In this document: one piece after another, positions 1 to 12,800 of the stretch
Position numbering within the stretch: position 1 is the first letter of the stretch
How the letters are laid out: each line of letters opens with the position of its first letter
Assembly: GCA_030141605.1 (NCBI GenBank)
Contig: JAQGDQ010000791.1
Coordinates: forward strand, 1 to 64,000
Direction of reading: 5' to 3'
DNA length: 64,000 nt
Source of the DNA: Tubiluchus corallicola
Lineage: Eukaryota; Animalia; Priapulida
Notes under the pieces: generated by a model
Told to the model about the DNA's origin: nothing
Seen by the model: only the letters and a program-made list of their open reading frames with translations
The model's database searches: none
Translations under genes and position numbers: made by a program

Positions 1-790
1 TACCTGTAAGAAACACAATGATGATATGAGACACACAATGATACGCCTGTAAGAAACACAGTGATGATATGAGGCACACAATGATACGCCTGTAAGAAAC
101 ACAATGATGATATGAGACACACAATGATATGCCTGTAAGAAACACAGTGATGATATGAGGCACACAATGATACGCCTGTAAGAAACACAGTGATGATATG
201 AGAGGCACACAATGATATGCCTGTAAGAAACACAATGATGATATGAGACACACAATGATATGCCTGTAAGAAACACAGTGATGATATGAGGCACACAATG
301 ATACGCCTGTAAGAAACACAGTGATGATATGAGGCACACAATGATACGCCTGTAAGAAACACAGTGATGATATGAGGCACACAATGATACGCCTGTAAGA
401 AACACAGTGATGATATGAGGCACACAATGATATGCCTGTAAGAAACACAATGATGATATGAGACACACAATGATATACCTGTAAGAAACACAATGATGAT
501 ATGAGACACACAATGATACGCCTGTAAGAAACACAGTGATGATATGAGGCACACAATGATACGCCTGTAAGAAACACAGTGATGATATGAGGCACACAAT
601 GATATGCCTGTAAGAAACACAGTGATGATATGAGGCACACAATGATACGCCTGTAAGAAACAGAGTGATGATGAGATGCTATGAGGCACACAATGATATG
701 CCTGTAAGAAACACAATGATGATATGAGACACACAATGATATGCCTGTAAGAAACACAGTGATGATATGAGACACACAATGATACGCCTG
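1..790. repeat. 43-bp minisatellite array (in PIGN intron), truncated by window start
   Basis: About 18 tandem copies of CCTGTAAGAAACACARTGATGATATGAGRCACACAATGATAYG. Confidence 0.95.
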
Positions 791-964
791 TTATGGCAAC
801 CAAACCATAAAAAATTAATTCAAATTCTGTTTAAAACTTGACTGTTCGGTTCATTAAGAATTCACTTCTATTACACTAAATGTAAACAGTAAATTCACTC
901 AGAATGTTTACTGCACGAAAAACTTGTAAATTTCGGACAACCATTGAAGAGTTTTCCTTGTTAC

Positions 965-1191
965 CTTAGATACAGAGCTTTTGATTGTTGATTTTCATCA
1001 AGTTGAAAAAATGCGTCGGCTCTTAGACCATCAGCAATAAACAGGACGAGTCTTTTTGCAGGCGGCGGATGCTCGACGACGAACGGTGTCATACCGTGCA
1101 CAAGAGGTGACGTGAAATATATGTCAAATATTGAAGTGAGCAACACGAGATGGACGCAAATACCAAACACCACTAGATGTCTCTCACTCAT
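965..1191 (-). CDS. PIGN: GPI ethanolamine phosphate transferase 1 (PIG-N/Mcd4), first coding exon
   Basis: [34 protein letters not shown]...[17 protein letters not shown] matches the PIGN N-terminus. GT donor (AG|GTAA) at 964-963; polypyrimidine/AG acceptor 1 nt before the ATG. Gene continues beyond the window start. Confidence 0.93.
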
Positions 1192-1330
1192 TCTACAAAG
1201 AAAATCAATAATGACTGTTACTCATTGAAAAACAATGGACAGTTTTAAATGTTCTAGCAAGGGTACTCTATATCATAATTATTACGGCGTGTTGCAAATA
1301 CCTGCAGATTTTGTAAGAAATATAATACAG

Positions 1331-1810
1331 AATAAGTCTTTTCACAGTTCCAGCGATCGACGACGATCACGAGAACGCGAAAGGTTAAGTGTACCAGACA
1401 ACGCATTTGTGAACACTACACAGCACCTCACAGCCCATGCTGTTGTAATAGTAACAGTTTAGAGGGCTAGTTAAAACCTTACCTAATTTATTTCCTCTTG
1501 TTTCAAAGCAAAAGACCATGTAACACACAGCTACAGTTACTAAACTACTACAGCAGACGACTTTGCTTTACCCACATATCACGTGATGATTGTAGAAGAG
1601 TTCCTGTAGTACTTAGTCTTTGACTTACAATAACTGCGCGTGCGCACAAGGAAACTGTGAACTAGGTAAGGTTCTAGCTAGCTGTTAAAACTGTTACTAT
1701 TACAACAGCGAGGTATTGTTAAGTGTACACAAATGCGTCGTCTGGTAACACTTAACCTTTGACCTTTTCACAATCATCATCAATCGTTGGAACTGTGAAA
1801 AGGCTTACTA
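1331..1810. mobile_element. Palindromic MITE, family A (TAAGCCTTTTCACAGTT termini)
   Basis: 1331-1490 is the inverted counterpart of 1655-1810; related copies at 5808-6190, 20224-20555, 40472-40545, 45746-46230. Confidence 0.75.
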
Positions 1811-1845
1811 GAACGGGATACAACTGCTCTCTAATGAATTTTTTT

Positions 1846-1915
1846 TGTTGGTTCAGCTGGCAGGTTACATAGCTTCTAAGCAGGAATGCCAAAGTTCGAG
1901 TCTCCACTTTGCAGT
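1846..1915 (+). mobile_element. tRNA-derived SINE head / tRNA pseudogene fragment
   Basis: A-box-like TGGTTCAGCTGG and B-box GTTCGAGTC at Pol III spacing; no intact cloverleaf. Confidence 0.45.
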
Positions 1916-2102
1916 GAAATATTTTTTTGCACTCTTTCTTTTTGAGCTAAAGATGAAACGGACTGCTTCAAAAAGTAACACATGACTAGTATGATTACGA
2001 TGATTTGCAATAATTCCATGACCGACTAACCCTTGAAAATTCTGATTTCAACAACATTTCAGTTTCCTGTGGGTTAAATGTTCGACAGAAGGAACAAAGC
2101 GA

Positions 2103-3750
2103 TACATACGATAGCAAACCACAAACACTTGTAACAGAAAGGTAAAACTTACATACGATAGCAAACCACAAACACTTGTAACAGAAAGGTAAAACTTACA
2201 TACGATAGCAAACCACAAACACTTGTAACAGGAAGGGTAAACTTACGTACGATAGCAAACCACAAACACTTGTAACAGGAAGGCGAAACTTACATACGAT
2301 AGCAAACCACAAACACTTGTAACAGGAAGGCTAAACTTACATACGATAGCAAACCACAAACACTTGTAACAGGAAGGCTAAACTTACATATGATAGCAAA
2401 CCACAAACACTTGTAACAGGAAGGTGAAACTTATAACACTTGTAACAGGAAGGCTAAACTTACATACGATAGCAAACCACAAACACTTGTAACAGGAAGG
2501 CTAAACTTACATACGATAGCAAACCACAAACACTTGTAACAGGAAGGCTAAACTTACATACGATAGCAAACCACAAACACTTGTAACAGGAAGGCTAAAC
2601 TTACATACGATAGCAAACCACAAACACTTGTAACAGGAAGGCTAAACTTACATACGATAGCAAACCACAAACACTTGTAACAGGAAGGTGAAACTTACAT
2701 ACGATAGCAAACCACAAACACTTGTAACAGGAAGGCTAAACTTACATACGATAGCAAACCACAAACACTTGTAACAGGAAGGGTAAACTTACATACGATA
2801 GCAAACCACAAACACTTGTAACAGGAAGGCTAAACTTACATACGATAGCAAACCACAAACACTTGTAACAGGAAGGCTAAACTTACATACGATAGCAAAC
2901 CACAAACACTTGAAATACTAACAGGAAGGCTAAACTTACATACGATAGCAAACCACAAACACTTGTAACAGGAAGGCTAAACTTACATACGATAGCAAAC
3001 CACAAACACTTGTAACAGGAAGGAACACTTGTAACAGGAAGGCTAAACTTACATACGATAGCAAACCACAAACACTTGTAACAGGCTAAACACATACGAT
3101 AGCAAACCACAAACACTGTAACAGGAAGGCTAAACTTACATACGATAGCAAACCACAAACACTTGTAACAGGAAGGCTAAACTTACATACGATAGCAAAC
3201 CACAAACACTTGTAACAGGAAGGCAAAACTTACATACGATAGCAAACCACAAACACTTGTAACAGAAAGGCGAAACTTACATACGATAGCAAACCACAAA
3301 CACTTGTAACAGGAAGGCAAAACTTACATACGATAGCAAACCACAAACACTTGTAACAGGAAGGCAAAACTTACATACGATAGCAAACCACAAACACTTG
3401 TAACAGGAAGGGTAAACTTACATACGATAGCAAACCACAAACACTTGTAACAGAAAGGCTAAACTTACATACGATAGCAAACCACAAACACTTGTAACAG
3501 GAAGGCGAAACTTACATACGATAGCAAACCACAAACACTTGTAACAGGAAGGCTAAACTTACATACGATAGCAAACCACAAACACTTGTAACAGGAAGGC
3601 AAAACTTACATACGATAGCAAACCATAAACACTTGTAACAGAAAGGTGAAACTTACATACGATAGCAAACCACAAACACTTGTAACAGCAAGGCGAAACT
3701 TACATACGATAGCAAACCACAAACACTTGTAACAGGAAGGCTAAACTTGC
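2103..3750. repeat. 47-bp minisatellite array
   Basis: About 35 copies of ACATACGATAGCAAACCACAAACACTTGTAACAGGAAGGCTAAACTT. Confidence 0.95.
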
Positions 3751-4824
3751 AAAGGGGGTAACGAGGCTAAAAATGCAAACAACAAATGAAATTTTGAAGT
3801 TTAGTCAGTCACGGTTAAAACAATTTATGTTACAAAAGTACAGTACCTACCTAGTTTTGTTGACCATTGTCTTCTGCACTTAAAAACTGACCACTGGGCA
3901 CTAGAAACAGTGTCTCAAAGACCTCAATATTACGCATTCCATATCATCTGTGTTTGTTGTTTACTAACGTATGTGACATTCACGGGAAAACAATAAAATT
4001 TGCTTGTGCTGTTGTACATTTTCATTTGCAATTGATAATTTAAAGTACTACTACCAATGATTAAACATGTGCTGCCACCTACACTTAAAATTGTTTATTA
4101 CTAGAACTTGACTCAAGTTTAATTCAGGTTGTGGCTCTGGTCTGTGCTGCTCAGTCACATTTACTTACTGGACTTCCCATATATGGTAGTGAAGATTGTT
4201 ACTGAGTTTCACTAGCCAATCAGGTAAGTTCAGTAGGTACATGTGACTTGGGTAGCTCTGCCAAGACCAGCCTGGTTTTTTTCTTCTGATTATTGCTGCT
4301 GAGTTGTCATCATGTGTGTCTTCCTTTCATGTAAATAGTAAATAAAATCTTTTACAGTTCAATGCAGGTTTCTATTCTCTTCTTGCTTTAATCACCAGAG
4401 TGAACCAATCTTGTAATTCAGTCTAAAAGTATCTATTCCAAACTCTCTACACATTCAGCTATCAAGTTTCTACAAGTGGTTCAGCCAATCTATACAGCCT
4501 GCTATAACGTTTTCTACATGCCATATATGACTTTTAATAACAAAACCGGACATTACAGCACAACGAAGATGTCTACAATGAATGCAATACAAAACTTAAC
4601 TCTACACAATTCTATAAAATTCTATATATGTTTTATATAAAATTTTCATTTATAAATATCTATAATCTAGGCCAAACTTAACATAAATATATAAGAGTTA
4701 GATAGCTATAATATCAATCTACGTCAAACTCAAGCTAAAGCTCTACAAAAGCAAGATTTACTAGAACTGCAGTATGTTAAGGCAGTGCACTAACATTGAG
4801 AATACAGTGTGAGGTATATAAATA

Positions 4825-5785
4825 CAGTCAACCTCGGGTATAAGGTCCTCACTTATAACAGGGATGAGAATGACAAATTGCAAAAAACTCTGAAACAGGC
4901 CGGGGTTTTGGGGCCGCAATGGGGTTGAAATTGCAATTTTGTGACCATAGAGAGCCTCTAAGTGGACTTAAAATATCAATTACCTTGTTTCATGCATAAT
5001 TTAAAATACCCAACTATCAAGGATACATGATACCTAATTGTCTCAAAAACGCCTAAGTGCTGGTCGCTGCTATGCAAAAGTATATAAAAGCTGTCTGCAA
5101 TTGCCTCAAATAACTCTGCACAATTGATTCTATATTTTTATACATAGAGATATACACGTGGTTACACTGATGTACGTGATGTAAACAAAGTGACGGCCTG
5201 CCAACAAGCGGTCAGCTTGTGAAATAATTTACTGTGTCCCTTAAAAATTTTCTCAACGAATTTACACGATTTACAAAAATGGCACTACTGGTCTTCCAAA
5301 AACTCGGAATTCCGCGTATCAGCGGAAAATTCTCATCCCTGTTATAAGGGACACTCACTTATAAGGGACCACGAACACCGGTCCCAATTTTTTGCAATGT
5401 TTTTCCTATGTCAAAATCTTCGTATATAAGGTACTCGGTTGTAAGGTATGATATGTTCAGGTCCCGCGTAATAGAAACCCAGGTAAATTACCTCGCTTAC
5501 AAGGGACCCTATGATCAAAGCGAAATTGATCGATTTTTAACCTCAGTTTTTCGCAAACTCGGCCTTCGAACAGCTCGGTTTCCGGATTCACATAATCTCA
5601 CATCACTGAAGGAGCTTCCTACATGCCGTTTGCACTGAATGTGTAGCAATAATCCATAAAAATATGGACAAAAGTACAGGTCTATATACACCCTCGGCCT
5701 GACTCGACTTCGGCTATAAGGGACATCAGATATAAGGGACGGTTTTTTCCGGTCCGGAGGTCTCCCTTATATCCGAGGTTGATGG
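4825..5785. mobile_element. Tc1/mariner(pogo)-like MITE, family B, TA-flanked, carrying a nested insertion
   Basis: TA|CAGTCAACCTCGGGTATAAG ... CTTATATCCGAGGTTGATGG|TA; internal CTTATAAGGGAC sub-repeats; second copy at 50914-51639. Confidence 0.85.
4859..5341. mobile_element. Non-autonomous hAT-like element (13-bp TIR CAGGGATGAGAAT) with 6-bp TSD TTATAA, nested in MITE B
   Basis: TIRs at 4859-4871 and 5329-5341; TTATAA at 4853-4858 and 5342-5347; inverted truncated copy at 20950-21362. Confidence 0.8.
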
Positions 5786-5807
5786 TAGTTCTAAATTGAA
5801 TATGTGA

Positions 5808-6190
5808 ATAAGCCTTTCCACAGTTTCGTTGCGCGCAAAGGTCAAAAGTTATGTGTACCACAGCAACGCGTCTTGACTACAAATGGCACGTGACGTGTGG
5901 GCAAAGCAAAGCCGTCTGCTGCATCAGTTCAATGACTTCAGTTGTTTCACGTGAACTTTGCTTAATTATGCATGAGTCTGTGTACAGAGTGATTAACTAC
6001 CAAGATCTTGCTTGAGAACAAGAAAAAATGAACTAGGGTAAAGTTCTAGCTAGCTGTCAAAACTATTACTGTTACGTTAGCATAGGCTGCGAGGTGTCGT
6101 CAAGTGTACACAAATACTCTGTCTGGTTCACTTAACCTTTGACCTTTTTACGATCATTATCCATTGCTGGAACTGTGAAAAGGTTTACTC
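5808..6190. mobile_element. MITE family A copy
   Basis: Termini TAAGCCTTTCCACAGTT ... AACTGTGAAAAGGTTTA; internal similarity to 1331-1810. Confidence 0.75.
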
Positions 6191-7312
6191 TATACAGAAA
6201 GGATGCCGGTACTGTTTATTGCATAATAGCAGCAAAGGTGATAAACTTATCATTAGAATTGTAAACACGATGTTTACTTCATGTTTACTTGATGCATGAA
6301 ATCACAAACAACAATACAGTTTTAAAATCAAACAAAAAACCACAACACAAAATTTTTTATGTACAGTAATTGTTGTAATGATGACGCAGAACAATCCAAT
6401 TTGTAATTTCAAATGCATAATAGCATATTTACTTACGCATACTACTGAAGAGAACTGTAAAAAAATTTCAGCCGAGTTTAATGATTAAATTCAACTTTTA
6501 ACAGTCCACGTTTCATAACAGTCTAATAATGCTTACTAGAAGAAAATACCATGGGAAAAGACTGCCATTAATTAACAGTTAAGTCTATTAACTTCACTTT
6601 AGTTTTTACTTGCCGTAACAATAAAGCATAACCAATAAAAGCACCTATCATCCGTGTAATTACTGTGATACATTCACTCCTTCAGGACTGTAAGAGTTTA
6701 CATGGGTTCATAAAAAACTCCTTTCAGTACGTTATATTTGATAATTTTTGTATGTTTCCACTTCTCACTCAATGGATTTTCATGCAAAATTATATATGAC
6801 ATGTATTTGCTTACCTTAGACAAATTAAAAATTGAATTTTGAGGAAATTTTTTTTAGTAATTGTAGTATTTGCATCTAAGTAATGTACAGTATCACTTGT
6901 GTGAAATCGGTTAACTATCCAGACAGAACACTCTGATGCACTTTGGCCTCAAGTCTACTCTATATTTAAAGAGAAATTGCTATTAAAAGATGAAATGACC
7001 TTAATTTGTTCTTTGCTGATCGGTTGCTGACCAGTCTAAGCTACTCGACAGCAAAGTTGGATTGCCAGAAAAGGGCATATTATTCGCAATTTTATCCAAT
7101 TAAATCACTTGTAAATGCTTAAGCAAATAACAAGATTGGATAGCACAGATTCTGCTGAACAGAAAAGTACCTAATTTGTAGCCATTTTGTTACATTTGTG
7201 TTCATTGTAACAGAAAAGTCTAGGTCTTACAAGACTTATTTTGAGTGGTGCAGTCCTGAAGGAGTTAAGATGTCTATAGATTTGTAATCAACACAAAACC
7301 AATCACATGTGG

Positions 7313-8290
7313 TTACCGACGTGAATACCTCACGCTAGTACTAGTTTTATCAGGCTTATAACGGAAAAGTCCTTCCCCGGGCAGACCAGGTGATAACTCC
7401 GTGCAATACCATGCTCTATATGTGGAAAACCAACAGCCAATAGCAAACACCAGTGCTGCCATCTTTTGTGGTAAAGAGTGAAAGTACAAAATTGTTGCCA
7501 CGAGCATTACGTCCCACAAAACGCAAAGTAAAGTAAGCAGCAAGAAATTCACTTTTATATACGTGGTATAGTAAGCGTACGAATCTTGCAACTGTGTGAG
7601 CTCGTCTTTTGACAAATGCTTCAGTTTTTCATCAAGATTTTCCTGGTCTCTGTCTGAACCGAGTAACATGTGGCCAATCTTTTCCCAGCCGTCAAAGCAC
7701 ACGGATTCTTCGGCTATAAGTAGTATGCAGTAAACTAGCAAGAAGGTGTGTCCGGAAATGTCAAAGCCCATCCACGTGTGTCCGTTTTTCACGCAAACCG
7801 ACCTGGTCGTAAACTCTTCTGCCGTGCAAAAACCCGTCAGAGCTTCGATGTACACAAAACTCTTAGTGAATACAAACCACATGGCCGTACTGATACCAAG
7901 CCGGGACAAGTGCAATTTAACTCGCTGTATATTGCCGCACGTGTAAATGTAACTTGTCATGAAAATGAAAACGAACAAAAGCGAACACGTCCACCCCCAG
8001 CTGAGTTTAACAAACCACTGATTAAACACGTTGTCTTTACGCGCAAAATAACCTCGTGGCAACGGAAAGAAATCGCCCACTATAGACCCCAGCAAACACG
8101 TGAACAAGTATATTGCAACTCTAGTCTCTGACTTGATGAGCAAAACACGTTTACATAAGAACAGGACAATCACAACAATGAAGTCACTAAAACCGGTTGG
8201 CTTCGGTAATTGTTTCTTTCCTTCCCTGCTTGAACGATCTGACATTAACCTAGTTGTACGTCTGCTACTGCTCGTGTTAGACGGTGTCAT
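7313..8290 (-). CDS. FITM2: FIT family protein / acyl-CoA diphosphatase (fat storage-inducing transmembrane protein), intronless CDS, 325 aa
   Basis: YFARKDNVFNQWFVKLSWGWT, C...C..GHTWMGFDISGHTFLL (catalytic His motif), EE, and TILYFHS motifs; about six hydrophobic segments. First ATG is at 8290 (the ORF-track start at 8317 is TTG). Confidence 0.92.
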   Translation of the reverse strand: MTPSNTSSSRRTTRLMSDRSSREGKKQLPKPTGFSDFIVVIVLFLCKRVLLIKSETRVAIYLFTCLLGSIVGDFFPLPRGYFARKDNVFNQWFVKLSWGWTCSLLFVFIFMTSYIYTCGNIQRVKLHLSRLGISTAMWFVFTKSFVYIEALTGFCTAEEFTTRSVCVKNGHTWMGFDISGHTFLLVYCILLIAEESVCFDGWEKIGHMLLGSDRDQENLDEKLKHLSKDELTQLQDSYAYYTTYIKVNFLLLTLLCVLWDVMLVATILYFHSLPQKMAALVFAIGCWFSTYRAWYCTELSPGLPGEGLFRYKPDKTSTSVRYSRR

Positions 8291-8455
8291 CTTTACTATC
8301 GATATGACAACATACAAAATTAAATTATTAAATAAGTGCGATATCTGATAACGAATGCCTGTATAGGAATATCAATGATCTAGCATATACTACTTGTCAC
8401 GAAGATCATTGTTTGTACCTGCGTATTTATTTATTTGGAAATACAAATTTACAAT

Positions 8456-9197
8456 ATTTGTATTTCCAAATAAATAAATACGCGAGCACAACAATGATCT
8501 TCGTGACAAGAAAATGAAGTATATCTAGATCATTGATATTCCTATACAGGCATTCGTTATCAGATATCACCTTATTTAATAATTTAATTTTGTATGTTGT
8601 CATATCGTGTAAGATGACACCGTCTAGCAATGCGAAAGCCCAACCATTTAAGTGACTTCATTATTTGTGATTGTCCCTGTTCTTATGTAAACGTGTTTGT
8701 ATCAAGTCAGAATAGAACCCACTGATACATGATCTAAAGGTCTCTGAATGGGCGATTTCTTTCCGTTGCCTGCCGGATTATTTTACGCGTAAGAACAACG
8801 GAAAGAAATCGCCCACTATAGACCCCAGCAAACACGTGAACAAGTATATTGCAACTCTAGTCTCTGACTTGATGAGCAAAACACGTTTACATAAGAACAG
8901 GACAATCACAACAATGAAGTCACTAAAACCGGTTGGCTTCGGTAATTGTTTCTTTCCTTCCCTGCTTGAACGATCTGACATTAACCTAGTTGTGCGTCTG
9001 CTACTGCTCGTGTTAGACGGTGTCATCTTTACTATCGATATGACAACATACAAAATTAAATTATTAAATAAGTGCGATATCTGATAACGAATGCCTGTAT
9101 AGGAATATCAATGATCTAGCATATACTACTTGTCACGAAGATCATTGTTTGTACCTGCGTATTTATTTATTTGGAAATACAAATTTACAATATTTGT
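8456..9197. repeat. Inverted (8456-8800) plus direct (8796-9197) re-duplication of the FITM 5' region
   Basis: 8796-9197 equals 8060-8461 (offset 736; one substitution noticed, A8258/G8994). 8456-8800 is an indel-rich reverse complement of about 8029-8448. Confidence 0.9.
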
Positions 9198-9545
9198 GCT
9201 TGCAAACCAAAACCGTCCACAAGTCGGCATAGTTAAAACTACGTTAGTTCTGTTGCCAGGTACAGATCTTCATCAGGAAGGGCCATCTACTGGATTTAAA
9301 CATAACTTTAAAGTGCTCTTGCAAAGACCACAGCAACCAACCTTTGTGCAGTTACCAAGTGTTTTGTAGAAACACGACAAAAAATAATAGGTAACTTTAA
9401 TGGTGATTTTCTCAAGATTATGTTTTTCAGTGTGCAGCCTGCACCTCAACTTCAACATAGATTATCTCAGCTTAGAAATAATATAGAGCAATGAGCTTGG
9501 TATCAAAATGATCCTGATGAAATGGAGATTCAGGATTGCAAAATC
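9195..9545. mobile_element. MITE family C copy (GTGTGCTTGCA termini), inverted and truncated relative to 13288-13945
   Basis: 9195-9247 mirrors 13894-13945; 9250-9545 mirrors 13340-13635. Confidence 0.7.
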
Positions 9546-11839
9546 ACAAATTAACTTGAATTTCAAACATGGATGCGAAGTTCGTAACTTTTGCAGTTTC
9601 ATTAACCAAAATTTCAAGAGATTTTTTAATCTTTGACACTGATGCTATTAGGGTAGCTAAACTTGTGCAGTCACGCATCCGCATTCTACCTGCTGCATTC
9701 ACAGACAGTTTTTCGTGTTTCCATTTCTTTCTTGTAGCTGGTTGAGTCTATTTTACACAAAGGTAGAGCATGTTTACAGTAAAGTAAGAATTAGTGGAAT
9801 ATTGAAAGACATATTTCAAAATTGACAGAAAGGGAGGTTACCATTAAAATTTGGATTGAAATTTTTTTCTGCAGAAAAGCTAAAGGTTTTTAGGTTTTAC
9901 ATGTTTATTGCAGCACTTACATGGGATTGATTAGATGGTGCTCCGCCATGCACCATGGTGCTGCTGTGGTACACAGTGAGCCAGTTTGCAATGCCCTGGT
10001 ACAGAGTGAAACAGTACATGGCAAGATCATACATGCCTACATGGCAATTTAAAGCAAAAGAGATCACGCAGTGTTAACTTTACTGATCACTCAATATTTT
10101 TCAGACAACTGTTTCACACAATGGTGGCGATGAATATATTATGAGGTACAAACTTTACATAAGTCACCAAGTGCTTTTCTTCCCACGATAAACAAACGGA
10201 GGGATAAGGTATACAGCGAGCTTATGAGGAAATTCAAAATCTAGTCAAACTGATTTGAAAGAAATGAACAAAGAACAGCAAAGGACCAAGAAGTTGAAAC
10301 TTCAAAGTCACCTAATTCCTGTTCTTGATCACTACATCTTATCACAGTAGTAATAATTCTTACTTGATTTTTTATTACACGCCGAACAGCTTTAATCACT
10401 CGAAGAGAGGGCTTAAAGTCTGCCACCAGTGTAGCGTGAACAATAAAAAAATTATGTAGTAGAAATTCATAAACATTGGACAAATTCCCTAAGCGCATTA
10501 CAAGACAGGAACTATGGGAAATCTTATCGTATTCAAGCAAAGAAAAACAGGATTTCCTGGAACCGCCTCTCTTGCACGTGTTTGCGAACTGTTACCAAAC
10601 CATATAAATTCAAAGTTGCATTTTTTGAGCTTTTTATTTAGTTGTTATTTATTTTATTAAGTTTTGTTGAATTTTTGTTTTTGAGCTTTTAAATTAGTTA
10701 TTAAGTTTTGTTGAAATTTTGGTTTGAAATGGCGCAAATAGAATGGGCCATGTGGGCTAACGAACAAGCAGTTGCTACATCGTTAAGTATGTTCAATGCA
10801 TTTATAAAAAATCGTTTACTTAAATTTTGGTGCTCTTTTAGTTTTGCTATTTTTGGATACTTGTACGTACACTTTCTCTTTTCACACTTCATTGTGATCT
10901 CACAATTTTTTAGTTCTATGAACTTGCTGCGGTATGAAAGTCAGTGGCAGAAACTCGAACGTTCGACTTATAACCGATTCAGATTTAGATATAGTTTATT
11001 TCCATAGTATTAGATCCAAACGTCATTAGTTAGTACAATAATAAGTTGCTTAAATATGGAAAAAGGATGGTGAAAGATGGAAAGCGGTCATCAAGTCAAA
11101 CCATCCTTATCATAGGCGTACGGGGTCCCTGAATTTGGGGGGGGGGGGCAGACGATTCTTTGCCCGAATTCTTAGAATTTCGCCCGATTTTTTAGGCCTC
11201 CGTGTCAACAAATACAACCTTACTAAGTTCCAGATAGCGAATACAAAAAGGCGTCATTTCTGATCAAAAGCTGATCAACAGTATTTATTAGCCATATTGT
11301 GATGTGATGCACAACAGATGATATGACCTATATGGCCAGATATCTTGATAAGCTGTGCTTGTTTGATTATGCACAAGCACCTGGATCATTAGGTTTCAAA
11401 GATTATCATCGATTATGGTATAAACAGTGTCCTGAGAACCAGGAGTGTGGCAATAACTTCCAGAACAGAACAGTTTACTTCCAGTGAACATTGAATGACT
11501 GAGATGATAGAGCAATAGTGTGGACCAGTAAAGTGGAATTATCCATATTTCATGACTGATATACGAATCGGTTACATAATCTGTCAAATCAGCAATCACC
11601 ACGCGAGATGCAAGAATTAAGAATGCAGCAATGCACAGACACTTGGCACTTTCTCACGTCGGTCAAATTAGCTCAGAAAAAGAATTTATCTGGAGGTTTA
11701 TGAGATTTTATTCGAATTGACATTTTAGATGGCTTAATGTATTTGAGAGAAACTATGTAGTTTATGGAGTAGAATGGAGAGAAAATAAATATAACTGGTA
11801 TTTCCTTGTAGCAGACTTAAAGAAAGGAAGGATTTGTAG

Positions 11840-11983
11840 TGAAATCTTTATTAAGTTTCTTCTATAGTAAAGTGCAATTATTTTTTAACGTATGAAGACC
11901 GTAAGAAGTGGAAATCTTTATTAAGTTTCTTCTATAGTAAAGTGCAATTATTTTTTAACGTATGAAGACCGTAAGAAGTGGAA
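11840..11983. repeat. Tandem duplication, about 70 bp x2
   Basis: GAAATCTTTATTAAGTTTC...CCGTAAGAAGTGGAA repeated back to back. Confidence 0.85.
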
Positions 11984-12159
11984 TATCGGTCCTGATAAAA
12001 TGCGCCTCTGGTAGCAGCCTGTGTGCTATAATCCTGAATTTATGTAATTCTTGTAAAATAGTTTTATAAGGTTCAGAAAGACTTCAAAAATTGAAGCAGT
12101 GCATGAAGTGCATGAACTTAAAAGTGTTTTTTAAAATTTTATTTTGTATGCCAGTTAGG

Positions 12160-12800
12160 GGTTGAAGCCCGCCATGTTTATGTTGTGCAAGATGAGTTAC
12201 TCTTCATCATTCATGGGTTTATCCACAGCAGGGTATCCGATCCCACGCTGCTCTTTCTTGTTGCTGGTTGGAGCTTAACTATAGGTGGTAGCAGTGGGTC
12301 ACATTTGGAACTTGTCTGGCATTTAACTGCCTATGGAATAGTGGCAACAAGTTGCCAGTTGTTCCGTCTTCCATGGTCGTGTGTGAACCTTGTTTTTTTT
12401 ATTTCTTATCACTTTGGTGTTGAAGCCCCACTATGTTTTTGTTGCGTGAGATGAGTTGCTCTTCATCATTCATGGGTTTAATCTGCGGCAGGGTACCAGT
12501 CCGTGAAGTCTGATCCAATGGAGGGGTCACACTACTGCTCCTTGTTGCTGGCTCGAGCTTAACTATAGGTAGAAGCAGTGGGTGCATGTTGGGAACTTGT
12601 CTGGTATTTTGTTACCTATGGATTGGTGGCAACTTGTTACTGATTAGTAAAAAAGCCTGCTGGTTGCAGCTTCCGTGTTTGTGTGTCAACCTTGTTTCTT
12701 TTGATTTTTTATTACTTCATTGCTAGTGGTATCACATTTGAAGCTCTGTCATGTTTTTGTTGCGTGAGACGAGTTACCCTTCATTCATTCAGGGCTTTAA
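12160..12800. repeat. Diverged 260-320 bp tandem repeat, about 2.3 copies
   Basis: Recurrent TTGAAGC..ATGTTT..GTTGCGTGAGATGAGTT..CTTCATCATTCATGGGTTT at about 12161, 12419 and 12738. Confidence 0.7.

Noticed and set aside
2103-3750. CRISPR-like appearance of the regular arrays (also 1-790, 16417-18012, 35347-36367)
   Set aside because: Units are head-to-tail with no unique spacers, there are no cas genes, and the context is eukaryotic; these are minisatellites.
8778-9053. Second FITM ORF as a paralog
   Set aside because: Truncated copy produced by the local triplication; it stops at the inversion junction.
9910-10570. Possible exons or ORF (10241-10540 and plus-strand fragments)
   Set aside because: No recognisable domain, stops in candidate frames, and no consistent splice chain.
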